64,000 nt of DNA, from assembly GCA_013416795.1 (NCBI GenBank), contig RQSC01000014.1, positions 141,510 to 205,509 of the forward strand, given 5' to 3'. Source of the stretch: Prasinococcaceae sp. CCMP 1430 (Eukaryota; Plantae; Prasinodermophyta). Shown here piece after piece: positions 30,542 through 43,166 of this stretch. A program made the translations under genes and the position numbers. The notes under the pieces are model-generated. The model did not search any database. It had not been told where the DNA came from and saw only the letters and a program-made list of their open reading frames with translations. The stretch's first letter is position 1. Every line of letters starts with the position of its first letter.

Positions 30542-31167
30542 TCACTCGAGGGCCTTCTCGAGCAGCGCACGCCGCCGCCGCCCACCGAAGAGTGCGGCGG
30601 GCATCCCATCCTCTCCGACCTTGACGAAGCCGCAGCTCGCGTACAGCGCCTCCGCTGGCGTGTCATCCACGCGCACGTGCAGGTTGAGCCGCGCGCAGCC
30701 CCGCGCCGCCGCAAGCGCCGCTCCCTCGGCCACCAGCGCTCGCGCGACACCCTTGCGGCGATGCTTCGGGGCGACCTGCTCGCGTTGCACACGCGCGGTT
30801 GTCAGCACAAAGCAACACGCACGCATGGCACGCGCGTGCGCATGGGCGCATGCGTGCGCGCCCTCACCGCCATGTTGCTAAGGTACGCCGCGCCGGCGTC
30901 GGGGGGCAGCAGGCCGTCGGCCTCGTCAAGCGCCTTGTTCTGCCCGAGCCAGCCGGCGGAGGAATACCCCATCACAGCAACTCCAGTGATGACGTCCGTG
31001 GCACTGTCCGTCGCGACGATCACGTCGCAATTCTCGTTCGCCACAGCATCAGCCAGAAAGACCTTGAGCGCGGCGAGCGGCTGCGCCTCGGGCGAGCCCG
31101 CAAATGAGCGCGCGATCGTCACGGCGCAGCCGGCGACGTCGCCCGCGCCGGCGGCGCGCACTACGGG
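30542..31167 (-). CDS. GNAT N-acetyltransferase (5' end uncertain, N at 31168; one intron)
   Basis: AYLSNMA|VAPKHRRKGVARAL (motif A) and LNLHVRVDDTPAEALYASCGF (motif B). Confidence 0.85.
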
Positions 31168-31330
31168 NCGCGCGGCGGGCGCGCGCGCATGCGTTTCGAT
31201 GGCGACGACGGCCGCCGCGCGGCGGAGCAGGGACCGCAGACCCCCCCCTCCCGCACGCACGCACACACGCCGCCGCGACAGGACCGCATGGCGCCCGCCT
31301 CTCGCCGCAGCGGGGAGCGAGGCAGGCGCG

Positions 31331-34300
31331 ATGGATGTGGACGCGCTCGAGGCGGAGCTCGCGGCGGCGATCGAGGCCACGCTGCAGAGGCAGGTGCGTG
31401 GGCCCACCAGGAGGGTCGCGCGGGGCAGAAGCGCGGCTGCCGCGCATTGCGTGGGCGCAAAGGAGTGTGTGTGGGGGTGTGGAGGGAGGGCAGGGTTGAG
31501 AGGGGGCGGTCGCGCGACTCACCGGCACGAGAAGGCGCTCCCGACCCTATGATTTGCAACCTCTGCGCGTCGCCCCATCCTCCTACATCCCATTCACACG
31601 CGGCGCGCGCGCCGCCGCGTTCGCTGACACCGACCGGACTCTCACCGGCCGTCGCGATCCGCGCTCTCGCTGCACGTGCAGGTGGGCGACAGCCGCGAGC
31701 GCTCACCGAGCCACGAGCGCACGCCGACGTCAATAGCGCGCGTCGTGGAGGCGGCCGAGGCCTTCAGGGGCAACGATGTCGCATCCCCGACTGCCGCGGG
31801 GCGGGAGGCCTTCGCGCCAGCTGACCTGGCCGTGAACGGGCCGTCAGCCGCCCTCACTGTCAAGGCGGCGGTCAGCCCTACGTCGCGCCTCGATCGACGC
31901 CGGGCTGCGCGCGCCGAGGCTGCACGCGTTGCCGAGCTTGAGGGCGTTACAACAAGCCAGGCCCTCACCATTGCGAGCCTTCAGGGCAAGATCCAGGACC
32001 TGGAGAGCCGCTTTCACGCGAGCGAGCTTTCGGCCACGCGCGCTCGTGACGATGTCGTGCGTATGGAGGGCGAGATGCGCGCCGCGACGAGCGCGGCGTC
32101 GGCGGCCGAGCGCTCGTCGGCGGCCATCGCGCGCGATGCGGCCGCTGACAAGGAGAGGCTCACATTCGAGGCGTCCGAGCTCGAAGCGGTGCTCGCGTCA
32201 GAGCGCGCGGCAGCGGCGGCGGCAGCGAGCGCGCACGGCCGAGAGCGCGCACAGCTCGAGGCCGATTTCGACGCGGAGCGCCGAACCTTCCAGGCGGAGC
32301 TCGCCTCGACTGCCAGTCACGCGGAAGCTAACGGGCGTCGCGCGTCGAAGGCTGAAAGCGAGGCAGAAGACTTGCGGGCCGCGGCGCAGCAGGCGCAGTC
32401 TCAGCTGGCGCAGACGCAAACTTCCCTCGCCGACCGGGAGAGCGAGCTAGCCGCCTCTGAGGCGCGCCGCCTCGAGCTTGAGCGCGACGTGCGCGCGCTC
32501 AAGGAGGAAGCCGGAGCCGCGCGCGCAACGTCGCGTGCAGCTGTCGAACAGAGTGCAGCTGAGGCGGAGGCGTCGCAGTCCGAGATGCGCGAGCTGTGCG
32601 AGCGGCATGCGCAGGAAGTCGCCCAGGCAGTTAGCCTCCGCGAGGAGCTCGCCGCACGCCTCGAAACCACCGAGGCCAAGCTCGCCGAATTGGCCGAGGC
32701 CTATGAGGACGAGTGTGGGCCGGACATCAAGGCCGAGACCGAACGCCGCGTGGCAAACGCGCTGGGTGCGCAGCGTGAGGCGGTCAACGAAGTTGCCGCT
32801 GCGCGAGCAGAACTCGCGTCGCGCCGTGCAGCAGTTGATAGCGCGCAGGCGGCGTTGGCCCACCACGCGCGCACGGGCGGCGCGGAGCTTGCAGCGGTGG
32901 AGCGCGCGCTCGAGGCTGCGGCGCTAGGCAGCATCCCTGGGGTGGACGCAGCAGGCGAAGACGATATTATTGGCGCGCTGAGCGGTGCTTTGGAAACCAT
33001 TCCGCAAGAATCCGCGCTCACGGGCGAGCTGGGCCGCGCCATCTCGGGTGTGGCAGCGGCGGCGCGGGGGTGCTGCGAAGCGCTGGCAAGTGCAAGGCGG
33101 ACGGCCGCCGCGCGCGTGACCGAGGCTGAGGCGCTTGCGCAAAACCTGCGCGAATTGGAAGAGGACCGCAGCACGAAGGCGCGGGCGGCACTCGACGCGC
33201 AGCGGGCTGCTATCGAGCACGAGGCGGAGGGAAGACGGGCGCGCGACGATGCGGCCGCCGCCATGGCGACTGCGGACGATCTCGCTGCTGAGATCGAATG
33301 GCAGCGCAAAGCGCTCGCGCAGGAATCCGCGGAGGCACGGGCGGCAGTCGAGGACGCCGCCAGGGAGCTGCTTGCCGTACAGGTTCCCGCGAGCGCGCGT
33401 GGCGCCACCGCGGTTGCTGCGGCCACACGCACCACGGTGCCTACCGATGCACCGTGGGCGGTCCTCAATGCCTTCCTCAAGGAACAAGCACAGCGAACTG
33501 CTGCGGTGGTTGCAACTCTTGTCGAGCAGCTTGGTACCGCGGAGGCGCGCGTGATGCGCGCGGCCCGGGTTGCCGAGGAGGAACGCGCAGAGCGCGCAGC
33601 CATAGCGGAGAAAAGAGCAGCCTCCGAGGACGCGCTGCAGGCAGCGCACAACGAGGCGAGCGATTTGCGCGAGGCAATGGAGGCCCAAGTGGAAGCTTTT
33701 GAACGCGCAATGCAGCAGGCGGCGGGCGAAGCGAGCAAGCGCCTCGAGACAGAGCGTGCGAATGCGGCCGAGGCGCGCGTAGATGTGGAGAAGAGCGCCG
33801 CAGCAGCCAAGGAGGTCGCTCGAAGGCTGGCAGGCGCCTCGCAGGCCCTCCTACGGTGGGCTGGGCCGGCGAGCTCCGCTCTGAGCTCGCTGCGCTCCCA
33901 GAAGCTTTTCCTCGTGCGCGAGGCGCGCCGCGCCGGAGACCGCGAGCGCGCTGCAATCGAGGCACTGCGGGAGGTTATGAACGCTGCGTCGCCTGCAAGC
34001 GGCGACGAAGGCACGGATGCCGCATCGAGCGATGGCGATGCTGCCGAAACGGACGCAACACCAAAGAGGGAGGCTGCCGCCGAAACTCGTCCGCGCGTGC
34101 GTGGTGTGAGTCGCTTTCGCGCGTGCGTCCTTGCTGTCCTCGGCTCGCGGCGGATGCTGCGCTGCCTCTCCGAGCGCTCGCAGCGCGGTGGGGGTGCGCA
34201 GGTGTCGACCGTGCGGGGCGGCGAGCGGGTGGCGATGCTTCCAGCGTGCGCCGCTGAGGCTCTGCCCACCGATGAGAAGCTGTTGTCGCTCGTCGAGGCC

Positions 34301-35815
34301 GAGGAGACGAAGCTTCCTGGCGCCCTTGTGGAGCTGCTACGCACTTGCTATGGTGGCCCGTGGGCACCAGGCGCATCTGCGTTCTCACAGTGGGTGCTTC
34401 CCGCGGCGCCCGCGACCGCCGTCGAGGCTGGCTCCGCCGTCCGCAAAGCAAACGCGGAGAGCGAGCTGACGGCTGCTATTGAAGCCGTGCGGCACTCAGC
34501 GCGCGTCTCTCGACAGGAACGCGCGGAGCTAGAAGTCGCATTGGCGGCGGCACTGCGGACTGCGGATGAAGCAGCCGACACGGCACGCACTGAGAACTCC
34601 AAGCGCGCACAACTGGAGGACCGCCACGTGCTACTCGAGAGTCGCCTGGCCGAGGTCGAAGCGAGCGCGCGGGCAGCATTGCCCGCCGCTGAGGCAGAGC
34701 GCCTCATGACCAATGTGCATCGCGAGCGCGAAGCTGCCGATGCATCGGAGCGCGAGCGCGCGGCGGCGCTTGCAGAAGTTGATGCGCAGCTCAAAGTGAT
34801 GGCCGAGCTGCGGGCGCAGGCCACGGCACTTCAGGTAGAAGTGCACGATGCACATCTCGCACAGGAGGAGCTCAAGAGCAAGCTCAGCGCCGCACGCGCT
34901 GAGGCTTCACGAGCAAGAGACCGCATGGGGGCGAGCGAGCACGAGGTTGAGGCCGCGCGGCGTGAGGCAGACGCTTGTAGGCGGCGCGCTCGCGCCGCCG
35001 AGGAGGAGGCCGAGGCGGCTCGCCTGGTGCTTGTGTCAGCCGAGGAGCGCACGAAGGCGGCCGAGCGCCGCGCAGCATCTGCTGAGGAGGCCCGCGCGCG
35101 TGATCGCGAGTCTGCTCGGGCGCGCGGGCGGGCGGTGGCCGCCGAGGTCGCCGATGCGCGCGAGGCGACGAGGCGCGAGCACGAGGCTCGTGCGAAGGCT
35201 GCCTCCGCAGAGGCGGCGGCCGAGGCCCTCGAGGCTCGCACGCGCGCGCTTGAGCACCAACTGGAGAGCAACGCCGGTCACGCAGCGCAGCTTGGGCGCG
35301 CCCTTGACGCCAGTCGTGCGCGTGAGCGCCTCGACAAGGCGGAGCGTGATGCAACTGCGCGCGCGCGCTCAGAGCTCATGTCAGTGAGGCGTGCGGCTGA
35401 ACGCTCTCTCGCAGGGTTGGCAACCGCACAGCTCGCTGCGGGTAGGGTGGGCACGATGAGGGCGGCGCATGCTGAACTCGCTCGCATTGCTAGCCCGCGG
35501 CGCGCAGGTGCATCGGTGGCAGGTGCTCCTACATCGCTGAGGCAGGCAGCGCTCGAAGCCGCCAATGCGACGGCAGCTGCGGCGGCCGCCAGTGCCGAAG
35601 CGGCAGCGGCGGTCTCACCGGCCCGCGCGCGCACAGAGGCGGCGCAGCGTGCATCGGCTTCGGCTTCGCGTGTCTCGATGGCTGCCATGCAGCAGGAGCT
35701 GAGCGCAATGCAGCAGGAGCTGAGCGCGATTGGGGGGAGGGGCACGGCCAGCCGCGCCAGCGTCCCGCGCTCGCGCCGCGGCACGCCGGCGAGCGTGCGC
35801 CGCAATCTCTTCTAG
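31331..35815 (+). CDS. Long coiled-coil protein, CCDC171/PACT-like motif; intron 31394-31681
   Basis: About 1400 aa, rich in Ala/Glu/Arg heptads, with LRSQKLFL and SRFRACVLAVLGSRRM motifs. Confidence 0.6.
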
Positions 35816-36055
35816 CACATGCAACCTGCGCTGGGTGCGCCCAGACGGCGTGCGCATTGTACGTCTAGCTATCTAAACCCAACATCCCACAGGGCATGCA
35901 CGCGCACACACCGCGCGGCGCGCTGGCAAGCCAAGTGCTAAAGCAGTGCGCCGCTACTATGATGGATTACATCGCGTGGGGCGGCCCCGTCATTACAATG
36001 CATGCACCCTGAGCGCGCGCTCTGACACGCGCACGCGCTCCAGCAGCCCGACCTT

Positions 36056-37898
36056 CTAGCTCTCCAGCCACTTGATGGAACCCGTGAGCAGGAGCTTGCC
36101 CGGCAGCGGGCCGGGACAAGGCGCCATGTATGTCACGCGGCCCTTGGTGACATCCACATCGGTGACATAGATGAACCCGGCCACATTCGTGCGCAGCACG
36201 TCGTCCACCGTCTCCGCATGGCTCACTGCCAACACAGAGTGGACCATGTCGGGCGCCCATTGCACCTTGGTGAGCTTGAGCGGATCCTGCTTGGCCTCCG
36301 CCCCGATGGGCAGCGCCGAGCTGGGGGCACGAGGCGCTCCACCCACGCGATAAACCTGAAGCTCGTCGAAGCGCGCGCTGCTCGAGTGAGGCGACATGTC
36401 GTTCTTGGGCCCGTAAAAGTACTCGCGAACGCGCTGCATGCGCGACTTGCGCCGGTAGTCGGTGTTGCGCGGCACCGCCCCCGGGCTGGACGGCAGTTTC
36501 ACAACCTCAACTCCCTTGCGACTCTGCATGTGAGCACGGCACGTGGGAGGTACCAGTCAGAAAGCGACGCGAGCGACGCAGCGCCCCGTCAGGAAACGCT
36601 ATGCTGCGCGAACGCGCGTGCGCGCGCGCTCGAAAACGCGCGTGCGCGCGCTCTTCGCACCTTCATGGCCGTGCTGATCTGAGAGTACAGCCTCTCCTGC
36701 CCGAGCACAAGCACGACGTCCGCCTTGGTGACGTCGATTGTGTGCAGCAGCATCTGGTACCCCAGGCCCTCCACCCAGCCCATGGTGTTGATCAGCCAGC
36801 CCGATGATCGCACAAGGGGCCCAGCAGTCTCTGCACGGCTCTCGAGGGTGCCAACCAGCCGCGCGAGCAGTTGCTTGTAAAGCTCGGGGCGCTCAGAGGG
36901 CGAGGTGTGGCCAAAGAAGTACACAAGCGGCGCCTCCGCCCGCAGGCCTTCCTCGGCAGCAGCGGGCGCCTCGACAGGCGCTGCCGCCAGCGTGCCAGGG
37001 ATTGTCACCGTGCCCTGTCCGATGTCGAGGTCAAGCAGCGTCGGCTGCCAGCCCAGGCGAGCGGCGTAGTTGAGCAGCACACGGCACAGAGTCGACTTTC
37101 CCACGTCGGTTGGGCCCACGATAATTGTGCGCGGGCCCTGCGGCTGCCCCCCAGCACCACCAGGCCCGCCTGCGGCTCCGGCCGTGCGCGCTTCGAGTGG
37201 GTAATGGCGCGCAAGGCGCGCAGCGCGAGGCGCGAGGTGGCGAGGCGCGCGCAAGCGCGTCAGTCAACCTTGTGCGCGCATAAGACCGCGCCACTACTAC
37301 CGCAGAGTGTGCGCACGACGCACCTGCGCGCCTCCTGGCCTCGAGCGCCTCGTGCGTGTTGGCGTACGGCACCATCAACGTTTCGCTGCTTGCATACACC
37401 ACCTCGGGCGCGCCCTCGATCTGGACCGTCGCGCCCGTCCAAGTGAACACAGCGACCTTCTCGCCCGACAAGGAGATGCGCTGGCCTACGGCTACCTCCG
37501 TGCCGAAGATCTGTCGCGGCGCGTGCGCGTGCGTTTGATGCATGCGTGGACGCGCCTCAGCAGGTCAGCAACCCTAGTGACAGGCGACCTCCTTGTACAG
37601 GGCACCCGAGCGCGGAGCTGGCCCGCGCACGCACGACGAGGGAAGGGGAGGGCACACGCGCGTGGGCGCGAGCCCGCGTGCTCTTGTACTCGCTCCACCG
37701 CGCGCACACTCGCTACGCGTATCATGTGCCGTGCGCCGTGCGCTGCACGTGCCAACGCCGCGCTCTGCCTCGCACCTCCGCTGAGCCCTTGACGAGGGTG
37801 AGGAAGACGGTGGCTCCCCAATCGACCTCGACGCGAAGCTCCTCCTCAGCCTGGAGCTCATGCGTCGCGGTTGTCTGCGTGTCGCCGCCTTCGGCCAT
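36056..37898 (-). CDS. CLP1: Polyribonucleotide 5'-hydroxyl kinase CLP1 (multi-exon)
   Basis: ELRVEV..GSAE|IFGTE..AVFTWTG, P-loop GPTDVGKST, DLDIGQG, INTMGWVEGLGY, IGAE, NVAGFIYV. Confidence 0.93.
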
Positions 37899-38128
37899 CT
37901 TGCCCCCGCCGCGGCGTGCTGGCTGCCGCCGCTGCCTCCGCTGCCCCCGCCGCCGCTGCCCCTGCCGCGGCGCGCGTGCGCGCTNNNNNNNNNNNNNNNN
38001 NNNNNNNNNNNNNNNNNNNNNNNNNNNNNNNNNNNNNNNNNNNNNNNNNNNNNNNNNNNNNNNNNNNNNNNNNNNNNNNNNNNNNNNNNNNNNNNNNNNN
38101 NNNNNNNNNNNNNNNNNNNNNNNNNNNN

Positions 38129-39114
38129 GGGCGGCGCTCAGCCGCGCGGCCGAGTCGCTGGGCGTGCGGGCGGGCGCACCCACGCGCGGCGGTGCGGAGT
38201 CGCTTGCCGCGGCACTCCGCGAGTCGCCGGCCGCGCTGCTGCTGCTGGCGCTCGCGGCGGCCAAGGTCGCCGAAGGCGACGGCGTGCAGCCGGCGACACT
38301 CGCGCTGGTGCTGGCCAACGTCGGCACCTTTGTGGCGCCTGGCGCGCGGCGCGACGACCTGGCATTCCGCCGCGCGTGCCTGCAGCCGCATGCGGTGCTC
38401 TCGCGGCCGCCGCGCGAGGGCGCCGCGCGGCTGTTTGGCAGCGCCTTCGTGCACGCGTCGCCCGAGCACCTTCTGAGCAACCTCGCGTCGCTCATGGCTG
38501 CTGCGCCGCTCATCGAGGAGGAAAGGTGAGAGCGCCAGCGCGAGCAGGCGGCTAGCGCCTCCATACTGAGGCTGACCCCGCACAGCGGCGCTCTGGGCTT
38601 GCTCACGACGGTTGGCGTGTGCCTACCGCTCGCCCACGCGCTCTATGTGGCGAGTGCATGGGCGCAAAAAGCGTGGCTCGCCGACAGCGCCGCGTACTAC
38701 CGGGAGGGAGTGGTGGGCTTCAGCGGCGTGGGGTGCGCGCTCAGCGTCGTGGCGGCGCACACGGAGCGCGCGAGGGCGAGTGCCGCCTTCCCGCCAGGAG
38801 CCATGCCGGTCGCGCAGGTCGCGCTCTCGCACGTGCTCATGCCCGACGCGTCGGTGCGCGGCCACGTGTGTGGCCTCGCCACGGGGTACGCGTACACAAT
38901 GCTGGCGCCGCGCGCCACGCGGTTGCTGCGCCACGCGCGCAACCGCTGCCGCTGGCAGTGGCGCTGCGCATCGCCGGCCGCGCGGAGGCTCGTCGCGGCC
39001 GCAGCCGCCACAGCCGCGGCCGTGGCGCTCCACCTCGCACTCGCGGGCAACGGCGGCGGCCGCAGCGGCGGCCGACGAAGTGGTGGAGCCAGGCCGGCCC
39101 TGGCGTACAGGTAG
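38129..39114 (+). CDS. Rhomboid-like intramembrane protease (RBL14/RHBDD1-like); 5' end in gap; intron 38526-38585
   Basis: RLFGSAFVHASPEHLLSN, catalytic GFSG, GHVCGL. Confidence 0.82.
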
Positions 39115-39212
39115 CCGCGAGCGGGCGCACGAGCATGTGTACAGTATTCATCATCCATAGTTATTAGAGTGACGTGCTGGGCCGCTCATATGCCCCTCTC
39201 GCGCGCGAGCTC

Positions 39213-41651
39213 TCAGTCGCCGAGGCCCGCCGCCTGGCGCGGCGACACCCGCGGCGGCGACGTGATGTCGTTCACAGCGGCGTTCGCAGCCTGAGCGATT
39301 GCAGCTTCGAGGGCCGGGCGCACCCGGGGCGGCTCCGTGCTTTTCTCCGGTTGGGCTGGCGTCTGCACCTGCGTCTGCACCCTGCTGGCGGGACCCGGGG
39401 GTGCAGCCGGCGCCTCCTGCGCGGGCGTCGCGCCCGCGCCAGTCTCCATGTCGGCTTGCACTAGCGCCTTTTTCGCGGCGATCTCCGCGCGTTCCTGTCA
39501 CCATCACGCGACGCACGGCGTGGTCAGCACACAATTTCCAATGTGGTGGGGTGCGAGAGCATGGCGAGCGAGGCCGCGCGCGCCTGCTCCAACGCACGCG
39601 CCCACGCCCTACCTTCTTCACCATGCCATCATAAACCGACGTCAGCGTCTCTCGGATGGCGCCGAAGTCTGGCCTCTCGGCGGGGTTCACAGCCATGCAC
39701 GCGTCGATGAGGCCCTGAAGACGCTCGTCGCAGCCGTCGGAGAGCGTGAGCTTGGGAGCCGGGTCGGCCAGTGCCACCATGGCCGAGAGGCGGTTGGGCT
39801 CCACGTCAGCCCACGGTCGTTGCCGCTCCATGATTTCCCAAAGACACACCCCCATGGCGTACGAGTCCACCGAGTGGTCGTAGCGCTCTCCTCTCAAAAT
39901 TTCAGGCGCGCAATAGTGCGGGGTGCCCACCGGACCGCGGCTCGTGCCGCTCAGGTGCGTGGCGGCGTGGAGCGTTTTGCTCAGGCCAAAGTCTGCAACT
40001 TTGATCGACATGTCGGCAGTGACAAGCAGATTCGCGGGTTTCAGGTCACGATGGATCACGGGTGGCTGGTGGTCATGCAGGTAGCCCATGCCCCGCGCCG
40101 CCAGCATTGCGAAGCGCAGCCTCTGGCGCCGGCTGAGAGCGGTACTGGAGTCGTGCAGCAGCTTGCTCAGCGAGCCGCGCGCACAGAATTCCATCACGAG
40201 GCTGAGGTCCCCCGGGGCGGTCCTGCACACTCCCAAGAGGAGAACCACATTGGGATGGCGCAGGCTCGCCAGCACCGCCGCCTCGTGCTCGAACGCCTCC
40301 AGATCGAGCTCGCCCGAGTCCGTCAGCCAGAGCTGCTTGAGGGCAACGTCGGTGCCCTTCCACTTGCCACGAAGCACTTCGCCGAAGCCGCCGCGCCCGA
40401 TACGCCCCGCGATGATCAGGTCGCAGTGGCTGATTTTCATGCAGCCTGACGCCGCCAGGCGCTCGAGGATGCCACTCGGTAGATCGTCATCGTCGGCAGC
40501 AACCGCGCCGATGCCGCTCGCCGCGGCTGCGCTGGCCTCGCGCTCCAAGCGCAGCGTCTCGCGCTCGCGGCGCAGTTCCTCGCGCTCGGCCTCCAGCTGC
40601 GAGAGCGCGATCACAGCGTTGACCGGGTCCTCCGAGGAGAAGGAGCGCGACACCTGCTCCTCGGGATCCTGCGAGAGTTCGATGGCTCGCAGAAGCTCCG
40701 CCGCGTCCTCTTCTTCGGGCGGCGGTCGCTGTTGTGACTCGCGGCTCGCTCGAAGCGCGAGCTCGAGCGCGTCGTCCTCGCTCATCGGCATGCCGGCAGG
40801 CGCACCCATGGCCATTGTCTGCTGCGCGGGTGACACGTGCGTGGGCGCCTGCAGCGGCGCCGCGTGCGGCGGAACGTGCCCTCGGGGGTGGTAGTAAACG
40901 GGCATGCCGGGTCGCTGGGGCACGCCCCACGGTTGCGAGGGCGGGTGACGCGCCTGCATGTGCGCCATCGCCGGGTGTGGCGGGTAAACAATCGCGCCCG
41001 GGGAATCTGCCTGCTGCAGCTGCAGGCGCTGCTGTTGGTGCTGCTGCTGCTGCTGTTGGTGCTGCTGCTGCTGTTGGTGCTGCTGCTGCGCACCGAGACC
41101 TTGGCGCGCGGCGCCCTCTTGCTGGTTGGCGCGCTCCTCGCACTCCTCACACAGCGACCAGTACAGCGCGGTGAATGTGTCCGCCTCGTCGGCCAGCGAG
41201 CGCTCTGTGAGCCTCACCCACTCGAGCAGCCAGATGGTGGCCTGCGTGCGAACCTCGGCGTGCCGCGCGCACGCCTCCTGCAGGCGCTCGACCCACGCGG
41301 GGCTGGCGAGCGCTGCGGCGGAACCGCTCTCTGCGAGGTGCTGGACCGCAACGTTCAGCATGCGCAACGCGGCGAGCGCGTCGGCGCCGTTCTCCGATCC
41401 GAGCAGAGGCGCGAGGTTGGCCAGGCTCTCCGCCAGGCCATTCTCCACGAGCGCGACCGCGGCCACCGCGTCATCCTCGCCGTCCGGTCGCAGCGAGCGC
41501 GCGAGTTCGACCACCTTCGACTCGCCGTGCCCGCCCCCCACGCCCCCCGCGCCGCTCCCACCGCCTCCCCCGTCGTCGCTCCCGCTCTCGCCGCCTGCAC
41601 CGCTGCCGAACGACAGCGGCAGCGCGCCGCCGTCGTCGGCGCACGCGCCGG
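39213..41651 (-). CDS. TKL/Raf-like protein kinase with VHS-like N-terminus, polyQ and UIM-like motifs (5' end in gap; intron about 39497-39611)
   Basis: IGRGGFGEV, VALK, LRHPNVV, IHRDLKPANLL, DFG, GTPHYCAPE. UIM-like motifs EDDALELALRASRE, DAAELLRAIELS, EDPVNAVIALS. Confidence 0.88.
41011..41089 (-). repeat. CAG-rich trinucleotide repeat encoding polyQ/H
   Basis: (ctg)n on the + strand, read as QQQHQQQQQHQQQQQQHQQQ. Confidence 0.85.
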
Positions 41652-42398
41652 NNNNNNNNNNNNNNNNNNNNNNNNNNGGGGAGGCCCCTGCGCCCCGCGC
41701 GCGCCGTGGCGCGCGCGCCGCGGCGCCTCCGCTGCCCCGCGGAGAGAGCGGGGGGGGAAAGGCGCCTCGCCCTCGCATTTCGCGGAGATGCATCTTTTCG
41801 CGCGTCTCCCTCCGCGTTTTACCCCCACATAGAACGTCACGACGAGAAGATCTCGACCTTCCGCCTCGCGCTTTCGCGCGCGCGCCGCGCCGCATCCGCA
41901 AAAGTCTCCCCCCCCGCCAGGCTGGCCCGGCCGGGACCTCGCGGCTTCCGAGCGCGGCGCGCGCGGCCATCAAAACGCACCCGACGCCCCCCCCATCGAA
42001 ACGCACCGGCCGACCGCGGGAGCGCCCCCGCCTTCGCCGGGGCCGCGCGGTTTCCCATCTTTTCTCCCATCAAATCGCGCGCGGCGCGTCGTGGAGCGAC
42101 GGAGGGCCGATCGACGCCTCGATCAATGCGCCGTCGATCGAGCGTCGACCGTCGCAGCGCTGCTGTCAAACACACGCGAGCGAGGCGCTGAAACCGACCC
42201 AAAAGCCAAAAAGGCGCACGCGGAAATGAAATCATCGGCCGAAACGGGACGCTGAAACGGATGGCGGAACGACTCCTGTCTGTCTGTCGTCAACTGTCGT
42301 CACTCTTCGGCAAAGTCAGAATGAGGCGGAGGGGGAAAGGGAAAAAGAAAAAGTGGGGGGCGGAGTTGAACTGCTTTTGCCATCATGGTACCGTCGTG

Positions 42399-43166
42399 AT
42401 GATAGGAGTTCTGCGCGCGTGCGTGCGCGCGCGGTGTGCGCGGTGCGTCGGGCTGCCGCCGCGCCATCGCCGACTTCGGTGCGCGCTTCCAGTACGAGCC
42501 GCGCCCGCGCGTGCGCCCGCGCGCGCGGGGCTCGCCGCGCTGGCGCTCGGCTTCATCGGGGCCATCGCGATTCCGGCGTACGTCATCCCCGTCACGTCCG
42601 TCTTCGTGTTCCTCACCGGCGGCGAGATTGCAGAGCTCGAGGAGACGGTCGGCGGCGGCGTCAGGGACGGCAACGGAGGGGACGGGGGCGGCGGCGGAGA
42701 CAAAAACGGCAGGCCCGAGTGGAGCAGGGACGACAACGAGATGTTCCGCGGCCACAACGAGACCCTTTGGAAGCTGCTCGCGGGGCTGGCCGTCGCCAAG
42801 GTCCTGCACATCATCTACAAGCTCATCAGGCGCTTCATCGGCGTCAAGCGCGCCGAGGCCGCGGCCGCCGAGCCCTCCCACGTCGTGGTGGTCTCGGGCG
42901 ACACGCTCTCGAGCATCGCCGCGTCCGCCGGCGTGAGCGTCGAGCGCGTGCTGGCCGCCAACACCGGCATTCTCACGTCGGCCGAAGCGCTGAAGCCGGG
43001 CATGGACCTCATCATCCCCCATCTCAAGGAGCAGTTCGTCGAGAGCGACCCCAGGGAGCTCGAGCACGACCTGCACCATCGCAAGCACGGCGCGTGGGAC
43101 ATCGGCCACATGGGCAGGCACAACCGCCTGCACGTGGAGACGCACACCCCGCACCACCTGAGGTAG
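42399..43166 (+). CDS. Membrane protein with one LysM domain and a His-rich tail (start uncertain)
   Basis: Two hydrophobic segments, a Gly-rich linker, and the LysM domain HVVVVSGDTLSSIAASAGVSVERVLAANTGI..LKPGMDLIIP. Confidence 0.8.
   Translation: MIGVLRACVRARCARCVGLPPRHRRLRCALPVRAAPARAPARAGLAALALGFIGAIAIPAYVIPVTSVFVFLTGGEIAELEETVGGGVRDGNGGDGGGGGDKNGRPEWSRDDNEMFRGHNETLWKLLAGLAVAKVLHIIYKLIRRFIGVKRAEAAAAEPSHVVVVSGDTLSSIAASAGVSVERVLAANTGILTSAEALKPGMDLIIPHLKEQFVESDPRELEHDLHHRKHGAWDIGHMGRHNRLHVETHTPHHLR

Noticed and set aside
38526-38585. Rhomboid gene apparently split by a stop (pseudogene)
   Set aside because: A canonical 60-nt intron (GTGAG..CTGAC..CAG) restores the frame.
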